From Octopus vulgaris (lineage: Eukaryota): DNA of 64,000 bases. Both the position numbers and the translations under genes were made by a program. The DNA lies in contig OX597828.1 in assembly GCA_951406725.2 (NCBI GenBank), positions 59,768,001-59,832,000 of the forward strand. The letters run 5' to 3'. Positions 39,531-50,227 of this stretch are shown here, in pieces; the stretch's first letter is position 1; the number at the start of each line of letters is the position of its first letter. Below the pieces are notes generated by a model. That model made no database searches, was not told where the DNA came from, and worked only from the letters and a program-made list of their open reading frames with translations.

Positions 39531-39927
39531 TTAGGGTTGGGTTAGGGTTGGGGTTGGGATTGGGGTTGGGGTTGGGTTAGGGTTGGGTTAGGGTTTAGGG
39601 TTAGGGGTTAGGGTTAGGGTTTTAGGGTTAGGGTTTTAGGGTTGGGTTAGGGTTAGGGTTAGGGTTGGGGTTGGGTTGGGGTTAGGGTTGGGTTTAGGGG
39701 TTAGGGTTAGGGTTTGGGGTTAGGGTTAGGGTTAGGGGTTGGGGTTAGGGTTGGGTTGGGGTTAGGGGTTAGGGTTTGGTATATACCTGCATCTAACGAA
39801 TTTCTCCAGAGGTTGGTCAGTGGGACTGCAAGTTGGTGTTTACATTCCTTCAAGAGACTAACGGTTAGGGTTAGGGTTGGGGTTAGGGTTGGGGTTAGGG
39901 TTAGGGTTGGGGTTAGGGTTAGGGTTA
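39531..39927 (+). repeat. Interstitial telomeric tract (TTAGGG with TTGGG/TTGGGG/TTAGGGG variants) interrupted by a 90-bp LINE fragment
   Basis: Read directly from the sequence; the G-rich strand is plus throughout. Confidence 0.95.
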
Positions 39928-40737
39928 CAACATAGGTAACACTGCTAACCCGGCCACCTTAGACAGCTATTGGTTGACCTATAGCTACCTTGGCTTTTCA
40001 GCAAACTAATCAATTTAACTCTGATCACATTCTGCTAAAGTTTTCAATCAACAGTGTTTGTGTGTATCAACATTTTGTCTTTAACAAAAATTACAAAAGA
40101 ACAACAATAACATGGGCAGATGAAGGCTGGCACTCTGTTGTTTTCTTCATTCACACAACAAAGGACAGAGAATCTTTAAACAAAAACAGTTGATGTGAAA
40201 TAGAAGAATTATATAGCATAACAAGGTATTTTTTTTTCTCTTTCTTTGCGTTCGGTTTTGTAGGAGGGGTTGTGATATTTTTGTAACTGTTTCGTGTTTA
40301 CTGTAACTTTTTTTTTTTTGGCAATCATTTTATTTTATTTTATTTTATTTTATTCATTCTTTTTTTTGCTTTTTTGTTGTTTTTGTTTTTTGTATTATAA
40401 CATTTGTCAGTAGGTTGGGGGTGTTTAACAAATAAAAGTTGAGCTTCAAAATAAACCAGTAAACTTTCTTTGAACACGCAAAGCAGGCTCGGTGTAGGTT
40501 TAACAAGAGGATGGAAAAGAAAAAGAGATTAAACAAATTTTAAGAAACTGAGTCATAACAGTATGTTGAAGAAATAGTAAAGGTTTTCATAGTGTCCCTG
40601 TTAAGTGATGCCTACTATATACGGGACCCTTCCTTACACACTCCCTATTTTTCTTAAAAACTAGGCCCTTCTGTACAAAATTAAAAGTCACTCAGTTGAA
40701 AGACAACAATTTTTTTTTCAAAAAACCTATAATGATA

Positions 40738-40855
40738 TTTCCTATAAGCATGCCTATAGATTCCTTCTTCGATAAGCATGCCTAGAGATTTCTTCCTCTA
40801 TAAGCATACCTATAGATTTAGAACTCATCTATAAGTGTGCCTATAGATTTCTTGT
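40738..40855 (+). repeat. Short ~29-bp minisatellite, ~4 units (ctataagcatgcctatagatt...)
   Basis: ataagcatgccta/ataagtgtgccta recurs at ~40745, 40772, 40800 and 40831. Confidence 0.7.
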
Positions 40856-41169
40856 ATAGGGAAGGTGAAATGGTAAGTTATAAAAAAACATCCAGTCCTG
40901 AGAACTGAAAACAAATTATGGACTTGGTTTGTCAAGGAACGATCATCTGCAACAGGATGATGAGGTGGTCACTGATTTCTTCAGTACATATAACAATGAG
41001 AAATGGAGGGTTAGTGAGGTTCATGTCTTTCCCAAAGAGCATTAACAATGAAATATATGAAGCATTTCCAGCTGGGAATCAAAATCCCATCAGATTGTTG
41101 ATTTCTCAGGAACTTACCGGCTTAAACACAGAAGCCACCAATATCAATAATGGTTTCCGGTCTAGGCAC

Positions 41170-41444
41170 AAAGTCAGCAATTTTATGGGGAAAAGGGTCA
41201 GTTGATTACATCAACCCCAGCACTTAACTGGTACTTTTTTTATCAACCATGGACGGATGAAAGGCAAAGTTGACCTTGGCGGGATTAGAACTCAGAATTT
41301 AAAAAGCTGAAATAAACACACAAGGCATTTTTTCAAATTGCTCCAACAATTCTGCCATGGTGCCGCCTTAATGATAATAATAACAACAACAATTGGTACT
41401 TATTTTATTGAGCCCCGAAAGGAGGAAAGGCAAAGTTGACCCCA

Positions 41445-41486
<42 letters not shown>

Positions 41487-42080
41487 CCTTTATACTATAG
41501 GCGCAAGGCCTGAAATTTGGCAAAGGGGACAGTCAATTATATTGACCGCAGTATTTAACTGGTACTTATTTTATTGACCCCTGAAAGGAGGAAAGGCAAG
41601 TTGACCCCAAATAATAATAATAATAATAGTTTCTAACTTAAGCACAAGACAAGCAATGTAGGAGATTAGTTGATGACACTGACTCCTGTACTTAACAGGT
41701 AATTTATTTTATTGACCCAGAAAGGATGAAAGTTAAAATAAACCTTGGCAGGATTTGAACTCAGAATTTAAAGGGCCAGAAAAAATACCACAAGACCCCT
41801 TTATTTAATATTCTAACAGTTCTACCAAATCACTGCCCTACACTAATGATTGAAACTACCACTTGTTTCTATCTTAAGCACAAGGAACAAACATTTTCGG
41901 TGTAAGTGTACAGCCATCCTATTCAAACCACCCAGGATTCAACTGGTATAAACTTCATCAAACTTAGAAAGGTGAAAAGTAAAGATGATGCTTGTACTTG
42001 ACTAGTGCTTTATTTTATTGATCCCTGAATGATGAAACACAAAGATGATCTTAGTTTGGATTTGAACCTGAACTACAAAG
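41170..42080 (-). mobile_element. Cluster of degenerate tRNA-derived SINEs with (AAT)n tracts
   Basis: The motif 'actggtacttattttattgaccc..gaaaggatgaaaggcaaagttgacc' recurs; it is the reverse complement of the SINE at 45495. Confidence 0.75.
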
Positions 42081-42088
42081 AAACATGA

Positions 42089-44491
42089 CTAAATGTAAGA
42101 ATATATTGTATTTACACTGGTCCCTTGGTAACGTTTTGAAGATTTATGTCCTGAGCAGTGTTTCTTGAATGTTGATGTTGGCTGTGGGGAAAGAGCAACA
42201 ACATCTAAATTATTTAAGTAATTACTATCAGAAACAGAATCACAATGGGATGATAATTTCGATGAGGTGTGCTTACTGCGGTGATGTCGTCTGTGTTTGT
42301 GTTTTTTGTGTTTTTTATGACTTTTCCGCCGCCGTTTGCAAGCAATGATTTCTACACTTGAAGAATGCGATCGATTTTGAGAAACAACAGGGCTTGAAGG
42401 TCTGTAGCCATCTCTCTTTCTGCACGATTCATTGTTGTAATTAGTATCATAGTTGTAAATACCGCTGGAAAGGTCTGGCTGAGAAGAGCGGTGAGGATAA
42501 CCAACCCGATAGTAATTGTTGCAGGACAGTGGAAACATTATAGATTTCTGAGAAATGTGTAGCTGCAGAGATGAAGAAGAGGATGCAGTAGCTTCATCAC
42601 GTTGGTACCGACAACGAGATCGTTCTTCTCTAGAGTAACTAGAAGTCCGTTTGCTCTTGGAACGCCGAGAACGAGATCTAGATCTAGACCGTGATCTAGA
42701 AGAGTTGGATTGGCTATAGGAATAATGGCTGAGTCTGTGACTGTGGCGATGTCGTCGTTCACCACTATAAGATGAACTTGAGACATACCTGTGACGAGTT
42801 CTGCTCTGACCTCGCTCCTTACGAGAGGACTTTCTTTTTTCAGAATGGCCCTCTTTTGCATTTTCCCCACTCGTTGATGGTTGCCTTACGACAGTCAATG
42901 AATTTTTGTCTTTTGTCTCCTCAGTTTCTTCTTCAACAGAATCATCGTCTAAATCTGATATTAATATTGGCGAACGTTCAGCCCAAGGTTTTTCATAGGC
43001 AGTAATGATCACATCACTGTCGCCATCATCATTTTCCTCATCCCTGTTCAATTCAGTTCCACTGGAGTCAGAGCTGCTGTTGTCCTTCTTATCTGGCCGT
43101 TGATCAGTAGGCTCGGATTTCATGGAACTAGAGACCAGACTTGTGTCATGACTAGTTGATTCAACAGCACTAGTTGATGGTTCTGTAACTGACGTGCTGA
43201 AGATACCAGAAGGGCCTGGTTGAGGAGACTCCCAACCTGAAATTGCTGTTTGACTTGTGGTTGCCTCTCGGTCATTCTGACTCGTTTCAGCAGATGGTTC
43301 CCAAGAGGAGGAAGTCATAACTATTTGCTGTGAAGGATGACCTAGACTGATCGACAGAGATATACTGCTTTGATTGCCAGATGTAGTAGCAGTGGCAGTT
43401 GCTGTAGTTGTCTCTCGTGGTGAAAGTACAATAACATCATCATCACTGGATGAAGCTTCACTAGTATCTACCAGCTGAGTGAAGGGCATATATTGTGAAT
43501 TAGCATCATAGGAGCGCATATCATGCAATGGTGACTTTGCAAAATTCTCAAATTCATGAATGAACTGCAATGTATTTCGACCAACAAATGGAAAAATATG
43601 TTGGTAAAATTCCTCACTGCTGATTGGATAGCGCTTTACTAAATCAAGAATAAGTTCCATCACAAAGGTCACATGATTTTCTTGGTTACGTAGCAATGCA
43701 TTTAGTTCACGGTTTAACCAAGGGGCTAGTCGATGAACAGCTGTGGGGTTTTTCCTCAAGAAATCGGGTTTAATGTTACGGCAACCATGTAGATGCCTGT
43801 TTTTCACTACGCGTAAATTATTTCTGTATATATTGCGTCGGAATTCGACAGAGGCTGTCTGTGTTTGCTGTTGTTGTGACCGACGTAAAGAACGACGTAA
43901 ACCAGGTCTGGTATTGTAGTCAAGCTGCTGTGGTGCCATCAGAATCTCATCTCTCTGATGCTGGTTTTGCAGACCAAGCAATCGATCAATTGTTAAAGTT
44001 GTACGATAGCGAAACCGTTTCTCATTAGGTGGTTCATGTTTCTGAACATCGTACTGGTCATAGTCATCATAGGAACGCACATTGTGAATAATGCTCTTGA
44101 AAGGTTGCTTACAGAGTGGACATTCTGTTTTAATCTTTGACCACTCCAAAAGGCAAACGTAACAGAATGTGTGGAAACAACTGTCGGTGAAGGATTTATT
44201 CTCCAACTTAGATAGACAAATCGAACAGTTTGGCTCAGGCGACTGTCGTTGACTCCCATCACTTTCTTTATCAGCATTTTTTTCCTCTTCACCAATTTTG
44301 GGGTTACCAATATCTTTCTCATTGGCTGAGTTAGTGCCTAGACCAGTCTCATTGTTGGCCAGTTCACTGCTCTGTGACAGAGAAGTGGCACTGGCTGCAG
44401 TACTACTTGAGCCCTTGCTACCTTCCTTTTTACCTTTCCTTCTGTCCTTCTTGTCAGTATCTTTTCTCTTTTTCCTCTCCCCTTTCTCCAT
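42089..44491 (-). CDS. TOPORS: E3 ubiquitin/SUMO ligase Topors, single coding exon (~800 aa from ATG at 44491; ORF open to 44524)
   Basis: Has a C3HC4 RING (CSICL...CFHTFCYVCLLEWSKIKTECPLCKQPF), the Topors-type RFRYRTT and HRLAPWLNREL motifs, SIM-like VIVL/VIIT motifs next to acidic runs, and RS-rich and K/H-rich regions. Confidence 0.95.
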   Translation of the reverse strand: MEKGERKKRKDTDKKDRRKGKKEGSKGSSSTAASATSLSQSSELANNETGLGTNSANEKDIGNPKIGEEEKNADKESDGSQRQSPEPNCSICLSKLENKSFTDSCFHTFCYVCLLEWSKIKTECPLCKQPFKSIIHNVRSYDDYDQYDVQKHEPPNEKRFRYRTTLTIDRLLGLQNQHQRDEILMAPQQLDYNTRPGLRRSLRRSQQQQTQTASVEFRRNIYRNNLRVVKNRHLHGCRNIKPDFLRKNPTAVHRLAPWLNRELNALLRNQENHVTFVMELILDLVKRYPISSEEFYQHIFPFVGRNTLQFIHEFENFAKSPLHDMRSYDANSQYMPFTQLVDTSEASSSDDDVIVLSPRETTTATATATTSGNQSSISLSISLGHPSQQIVMTSSSWEPSAETSQNDREATTSQTAISGWESPQPGPSGIFSTSVTEPSTSAVESTSHDTSLVSSSMKSEPTDQRPDKKDNSSSDSSGTELNRDEENDDGDSDVIITAYEKPWAERSPILISDLDDDSVEEETEETKDKNSLTVVRQPSTSGENAKEGHSEKRKSSRKERGQSRTRHRYVSSSSYSGERRHRHSHRLSHYSYSQSNSSRSRSRSRSRSRRSKSKRTSSYSREERSRCRYQRDEATASSSSSLQLHISQKSIMFPLSCNNYYRVGYPHRSSQPDLSSGIYNYDTNYNNESCRKRDGYRPSSPVVSQNRSHSSSVEIIACKRRRKSHKKHKKHKHRRHHRSKHTSSKLSSHCDSVSDSNYLNNLDVVALSPQPTSTFKKHCSGHKSSKRYQGTSVNTIYSYI

Positions 44492-45437
44492 TATCACAAT
44501 TCTATCAATGTGACCACCACTCAAGATATATAGAGACTAGGTGGTAGTGGTGTTAAACCATATGGGGCACTTTGAGCAGCCCTAAATAGGGTGCCCCAAT
44601 ATTAAAAGAAAATAAGGTGGCAAGCTGGCAAAACTGTTTGCATGCCGAACAAAATGCTTTTTGCAGCATTTCTTTCAGGTTTATGTCCCAAGTTCAAATT
44701 CTGCTGAGGTCGACTTTGCTTTTCATCCTTTTGGGGTCAGTGAAATAAGTACCAGTTGAGAATTGGGGTCAACGTAATTGACTAGACCCTTCTCTTTCAA
44801 AATTTCAGGCCTTGTACTTATAGCAGAAAGAAATATTAAAAGCAAATCTTAGAAATTAGGAGGGTGTCTGTTCTGACCTGGCAGATATATTAATCAAAGA
44901 TGTTCCAGCCTTGACCATCACATTTATATCTTCTTTTTTTTTGTTTTGTCTCTATATTCACTATATTATCCAACAGTGTTCTTCCATTTTTAAAATGGTA
45001 GGAAGTCATTTGAGGAAGGCTTGGCTGTTATTTCTTGCAATTTCAATGAGTACATAGAGGATACCTTGTTTTGTTGTGTTGTGAACTATGTTCTTGTTAT
45101 TATTGTTTAACCCTGCCCACTCACCCCGGCTCGTTGGTAGACCTAAAATGTACTCCAGCCACATCATCCTGGGTTTTTTTTTTTTTTTTTTTTTTCTCTT
45201 TCTGATAAAACATTTCTACTCCTACATTATCTAATGTACCCTTCCCTTCTTTAAGACAGGGTGGGGTAATTTGGTTGCTATTTCTAACTGGCCAAATGAC
45301 CACATAAGGGCTCTGCTGTTGATTTTTGAAACTGATAATTAAATATGTCACCTCAGTCATCTTCATTTAAGGTTTGCATGGAATTAGCATTTCCTCAGTG
45401 CATCCCCCTCCCCTCTAATGACCTCAGTAAAGAGCAA

Positions 45438-45492
<55 letters not shown>

Positions 45493-45494
45493 TA

Positions 45495-46147
45495 AGGCAG
45501 CGAGCTGGCAGAAACGTTAGCACGCCGGGTGAAATGCTTAGCGGTATTTCGTCCGCCGTTACGTTGTGAGTTCAAATTCCGCCGAGGTCGACTTTGCCTT
45601 TCATCCTTTCGGGGTCGATAAATTAAGTACCAGTTACGCACTGGGGTCGATGTAATCGACTTAATACCTATGTCTGTCCTTGTTTGTCCCCTCTGTGTTC
45701 AGCCCCTTGTGGGTAGTAAAGAAATAGGTATTTCGTCTGCCACTACATTCTGGGTTCAAATTCTACCTTTCGTCCTTTCAGGGTCAATAAATTAAGTACC
45801 AGTTGTGTACTGGGGGTCGATCTAATCGATTGGCTCCCTCCCCCAAAATTTCAGACCTTGTGCCTAAAGTCGAAAGGATATTATTGTGATTATTGTGATT
45901 ATTGGGGTGGTGAGCTGACGGAGTCGTTAAAACACCGGGCAAGAGGCTAAGCAGCATTTCCCCTGCCTCTACATTCAGAGTTCAAATTCTGCCAAGGTCG
46001 ACTTTGCCTTTCATACTTTTGGGGTTAATAAAGTAGGTGCCGGCTGGGTGCTGGGGTCGAAGTAATTGACTTACTCTCACCCCCACCCCGAAATTGCTGG
46101 CCTTGTGCCAAAATTTGAAATCATCATCGTCGTCATCATTATTATTA

Positions 46148-46194
<47 letters not shown>

Positions 46195-46379
46195 AGTGGT
46201 GAGCTGGCAGAATTACTTTGTGGCAGTTTGTCCATCTTTACATTCTGTCAGGGTCCACTTTGCCTTTCATCCTTTCAGGGTTGATAAAATAAGTACCACT
46301 TGAATACAGGGGTCGATGTAATTTGACTTAATCCCTCCTTTGGATTTGCTGGTCCTGTACCAAAATTTGAAACCGTTAC

Positions 46380-46439
<60 letters not shown>

Positions 46440-46820
46440 GGCGGCAAGCTGGCGGAATCGTTGGCGTGCCGGGCAAGGTGCTTAGCGGTATTTCGTCTGC
46501 CTTCAAGTTTTGAGTTCAAATTCCACCGAGGATGACTTTGCCTTTTCTCCTTACGGAGCTGATAAGGTTAGTACCAGTTGTGTACTGGGGGGTTAGCGTA
46601 ATCAACTTAATCCCTTCCCCCCGAAATTTGAGCCTTTGTGCTTCCAGTAGCGGAGGAAGGGTGCTGGTTGATTACATTGACCCCAGTGCTCAACTGGTAC
46701 TTGTTTTGTGGACCCCTGAAAGGATGAATGCCAAAGGCAACCTCATTGAAGTGTAAAGATGGACAAAGTGTTGGTAGGCATTTTGGCTGGTATGCTAATA
46801 ATTTTGCCAGCTTGCCACCT
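45495..46820 (+). mobile_element. Tandem cluster of tRNA-derived SINEs (Meta/MESC-like core) separated by (ATT)n; further copies at 44615-44830, 47080-47275(-) and 49030-49167(-)
   Basis: ggcagcgagctggcagaaacgttagc...gagttcaaattcc (B box)...gcctttcatcctttcggggtcgataaattaagtaccag recurs about 5 times. Confidence 0.8.
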
Positions 46821-47756
46821 TAACCCTTTAGTGTTCTGATTATTCTATCAAACATAATGCTTATTGATTCACATTGATTTGAATTAATCATGCATTATTT
46901 CATATCTTCAAGATCTTGATGGTGTAATTACCTAATGTAGAATAACATTGTAGGGTAGGTGTGAGGGACCTGGATCTGGTCAGTTTGAGCATAAAATAGA
47001 TTAAATATTTTGGCCGGTTTAAATACTAAAGGGTTAATAATAATAACAATAATAATAATGATAATGGTGGTGATGTCTTCTGCTGGAAGTACAAGGCCTC
47101 GAATTTGGGGGAAGAGATTAAGTCGATTACATCGACCCCGGTGTATAACTGGTGCTGGTTTTATTGACTCCGGAAGGAAGAAAGCAAAGTCGACCTCAGC
47201 GGAATGTAGTGGTGGACGAAATGCTGCAAAGCATTTCACCCGACGTGCTAACGATTCTACCAGCTCGCCACCTTAAATAATAGTAATAATAATAATAGTA
47301 ATGATGATGATGAGGATATATTAATGATAATGATGATGATGATGATATGGTAATAATAATGATAATGTCCTATAATTTTCTGAGTTCAGTTATTGTTGGG
47401 GGTTGGCTTTTGTCCTTTTTCCTTCCAGAATTGATAATAAAAAAAAAAGGTAATAGTGGAGGAGGGTGGGGGTGGTATGGGTGTTCGACTAAATCAGCTG
47501 AACTCCTTAAAACAAATCATGTGGCCTTGTGCCTATGTCGGAAACCCTTGTTGTTATTATTATTATTATTTGCATTTGGGAACTTTTTTTTTTTTTTTTT
47601 TTTTCCTGTCTTGCCATCCATGTTCTGTCTCTTTTCAACAAAACATTATTTTAATGATCCCTGGACTTTTTTTCCCTCACCACAAGAATTTATAATGGGT
47701 TAAAAAAAAAATGTAAAAAGCACCAGGAATTGAAATTAAAGGCCCCGTAATTTTTT

Positions 47757-47807
<51 letters not shown>

Positions 47808-48539
47808 GTATATGTGTGTGTATATATATATATATTATAGCTTTCAGGTTTGCACTAAATTAAAGTGAAAAAAAAGTAAAGACCCAAATATTAAAATAAA
47901 ATAAAATAAAATAAAAACAAAAACCTCACTAAAAAGAATAAAGAAAAAGCCAAATTCCAGAACTCCCCACCCCACCATCTCCACCAAGACAGATATCCAT
48001 TCCTTTACTTTTAATATTACTGCTGCAATGACCTTTTGACCTTTTGACCCCATTAAATAGATTTGTTTCATCTTACTGACATAGAAGGGAGATTTCTGAT
48101 TATTAAGAAAAGTTTTTTTTTTTTTTCAAGTTTCTCTCTTTCTTTCTCTCTCACAGAAATTCCTTTCTTTTTGCCCTGCTGTCTTTTTTTTTTTATTTTC
48201 TTAATTTGCAATTTTAATTATCTAAAGAAATAATTATTAAAATTTATATTTTTGCTGCTGTTTTATTGAAAATGAGTGAAAAGATAAAGAAAAAAATATC
48301 TTGTAAGACTGAAATAAACTATAAAATGAACAAATACTGTTTGTCCCTTGTCCCCATCACACACTCACACACATATGCATTTATGTACATACATGCATAT
48401 ATTATGTGTGTATACACATACATACACATATACATACATATATATATAAATCATGTTGCACTTGGTCATGTGATCAACTTGGTTCTACTCTACTGCTTTT
48501 TGTCTTTGTCTTAATGTCCATACAGAGGTGATATCATTT

Positions 48540-48950
48540 ACATATGACCCTTAAGCCTTTACATATGACCCTTAAATTGTTAGATGTAACTCTTATATTG
48601 TTAAATATGACCCTTAAATCTTTACTTATGACCTTTGGAACATTAGATATAACTCCTAAATCTGACTCTTAAATTGTTAGATGTGATCCTTAAATTGTTA
48701 AATATGACCCTTAAATTTTTACATATGACCCTTAAATTGTTAGATATGACCTTTAAATCATAAGGTATGATACTTAAACCTTTAGGTATGATACTTAGAT
48801 CTTTAAACATGACCCTTAAATCTTTACATATGGCCCTTAAATTGTTAAATATAACCCTTAAATTTTTATATTAATTGTTACATATGATCATTAAATTGTT
48901 ATGTATGGCCCTTAAATTGTTAAATATGACCCTTAAATCTTTGAATATGT
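48540..48950 (+). repeat. ~21-bp minisatellite (atatgacccttaaattgttag)
   Basis: catatgaccc occurs at 48541 and 48562, followed by roughly 19 degenerate units in total. Confidence 0.85.
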
Positions 48951-49282
48951 CTCTGAAATTATTTCCTCTTGTTGCAGGTGTTGCTTTATAAACAGAGCAT
49001 CATCCCTTATTATACATCTCAGAAATCCTGGTACTTTGTTTATCGACCCCCGGGAGGATGAAAGGCAAAGTCGACCTCGGCGGAATTTGAACTCACAACG
49101 TAACGACAGACGAAATACCGCTAAGCATTTTGCCCATGCGCTAACGTTTCTGCCAGCTCACCGCCTTAGGTGTATAGATTGTCACACTGTTAGACAGAAA
49201 CTCCCCCACCCCACCAACAAGCCCTCACTTGTTGATGTCCAAACAAGTCTCAAGAACTTCAGGTTCGATGTACGATGGTATT

Positions 49283-50227
49283 TCATGTGTTGTTTTTCTG
49301 AATTTTTTTCTTCAATATTTTCGGAGGTCCAAGGAATTTGAACGTCGTTTGACAAGTGGAACAAATCGGACTGAAGGAACAGAAAATTGACAGACAAACG
49401 GAGCAGACGTAACCAATATCGATGAGGTTCCGGTGGCAAAAACAAGCAGCCCTGTAATCAACTTGAACCCTTGCTGGCAGAGACAGTTTATGTCTAACAT
49501 GAGGATCAGGAAGAAAGACGCACAGTAGATACTGTAAGATGCCGGAGACTGTGGGTAGCTTGAGGTAGGTGCCACCAGTAATATCACACGCCTGTTGTAG
49601 CAGACTGGAGTCGTCCCCCAAGATACAACTGTCAATGATGACATTCTGTTTCTGAGCAGAGAAAACAGTATTCATAAAGTTCATATATTGGGCTGGGTTA
49701 TCTTGAGATCCTTTCATTATCAGGATCCGACTGGAAAGTTTATCTCCAAGATGAAGCTCCTTCTCCATTCGGTTGATGAAGCAAAGTGCCATGCCAATGG
49801 AACCAGCAACTACACTGTCAGAATAAAGTTGGCCAACCTCTTGGTCAACCATAAGATTTTTTAACTGTTCAGTTATTTGGTCATCAACCTGGGCAAAAAG
49901 TTCATAACGGCCATCATTTAGTGGTCGAGGAGGAACATTAGCCGCTGTGGTGGTGCCGTTCTCTTCGGTTACCTCATTGGTTACCACTTTTGGTTCCTCT
50001 TCTTTGCCCTTTGGGTACAGGAAGTAGCTTTGGTTGCTGTGTGCTGCGATGATGGCCAATTTGTTTGCTGGTTTCATCATGAGATGGGAGTTGGCAAAAA
50101 CCAACATGCTGTCTAAATACCGGAATATATTAAACTGTGAGTTTTCTTCAAGAAAACACTGACCCCACCATACTGGGTCAGTATCAATAATGACAACCAA
50201 CAAACTGCATTCAATTTCGCTGGGCAT
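49283..50227 (-). CDS. GTF2H3: TFIIH subunit p34/Tfb4, intronless CDS (314 aa from ATG at 50227)
   Basis: Has a vWA-like N-terminus (SLLVVIIDTDPVWWG, FANSHLMM), QYMNFMNTVFSAQKQNVIIDSC, LLQQACDITGGTY, and a C-terminal zinc finger VDYRAACFCHRNLIDIGYVCSVCLSIFC. Confidence 0.96.
   Translation of the reverse strand: MPSEIECSLLVVIIDTDPVWWGQCFLEENSQFNIFRYLDSMLVFANSHLMMKPANKLAIIAAHSNQSYFLYPKGKEEEPKVVTNEVTEENGTTTAANVPPRPLNDGRYELFAQVDDQITEQLKNLMVDQEVGQLYSDSVVAGSIGMALCFINRMEKELHLGDKLSSRILIMKGSQDNPAQYMNFMNTVFSAQKQNVIIDSCILGDDSSLLQQACDITGGTYLKLPTVSGILQYLLCVFLPDPHVRHKLSLPARVQVDYRAACFCHRNLIDIGYVCSVCLSIFCSFSPICSTCQTTFKFLGPPKILKKKIQKNNT

Noticed and set aside
40918-41205. 95-aa ORF as a gene
   Set aside because: It has no recognisable domain and its 3' end overlaps SINE sequence.
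42538-44513. Small ORFs overlapping TOPORS
   Set aside because: They are alternative-frame or antisense shadows of the real CDS.
45495-45600. tRNA gene
   Set aside because: A B-box-like motif is present, but it is the head of a multi-copy SINE and no cloverleaf is evident.
48978-49030. Possible upstream USP exon (CAG|..CFINRASSLIIHLRNP)
   Set aside because: It only weakly resembles the USP LxIHLxRF motif, lacks the expected RF..DW..K continuation, and runs into a SINE. RNA-seq would be needed to support it.
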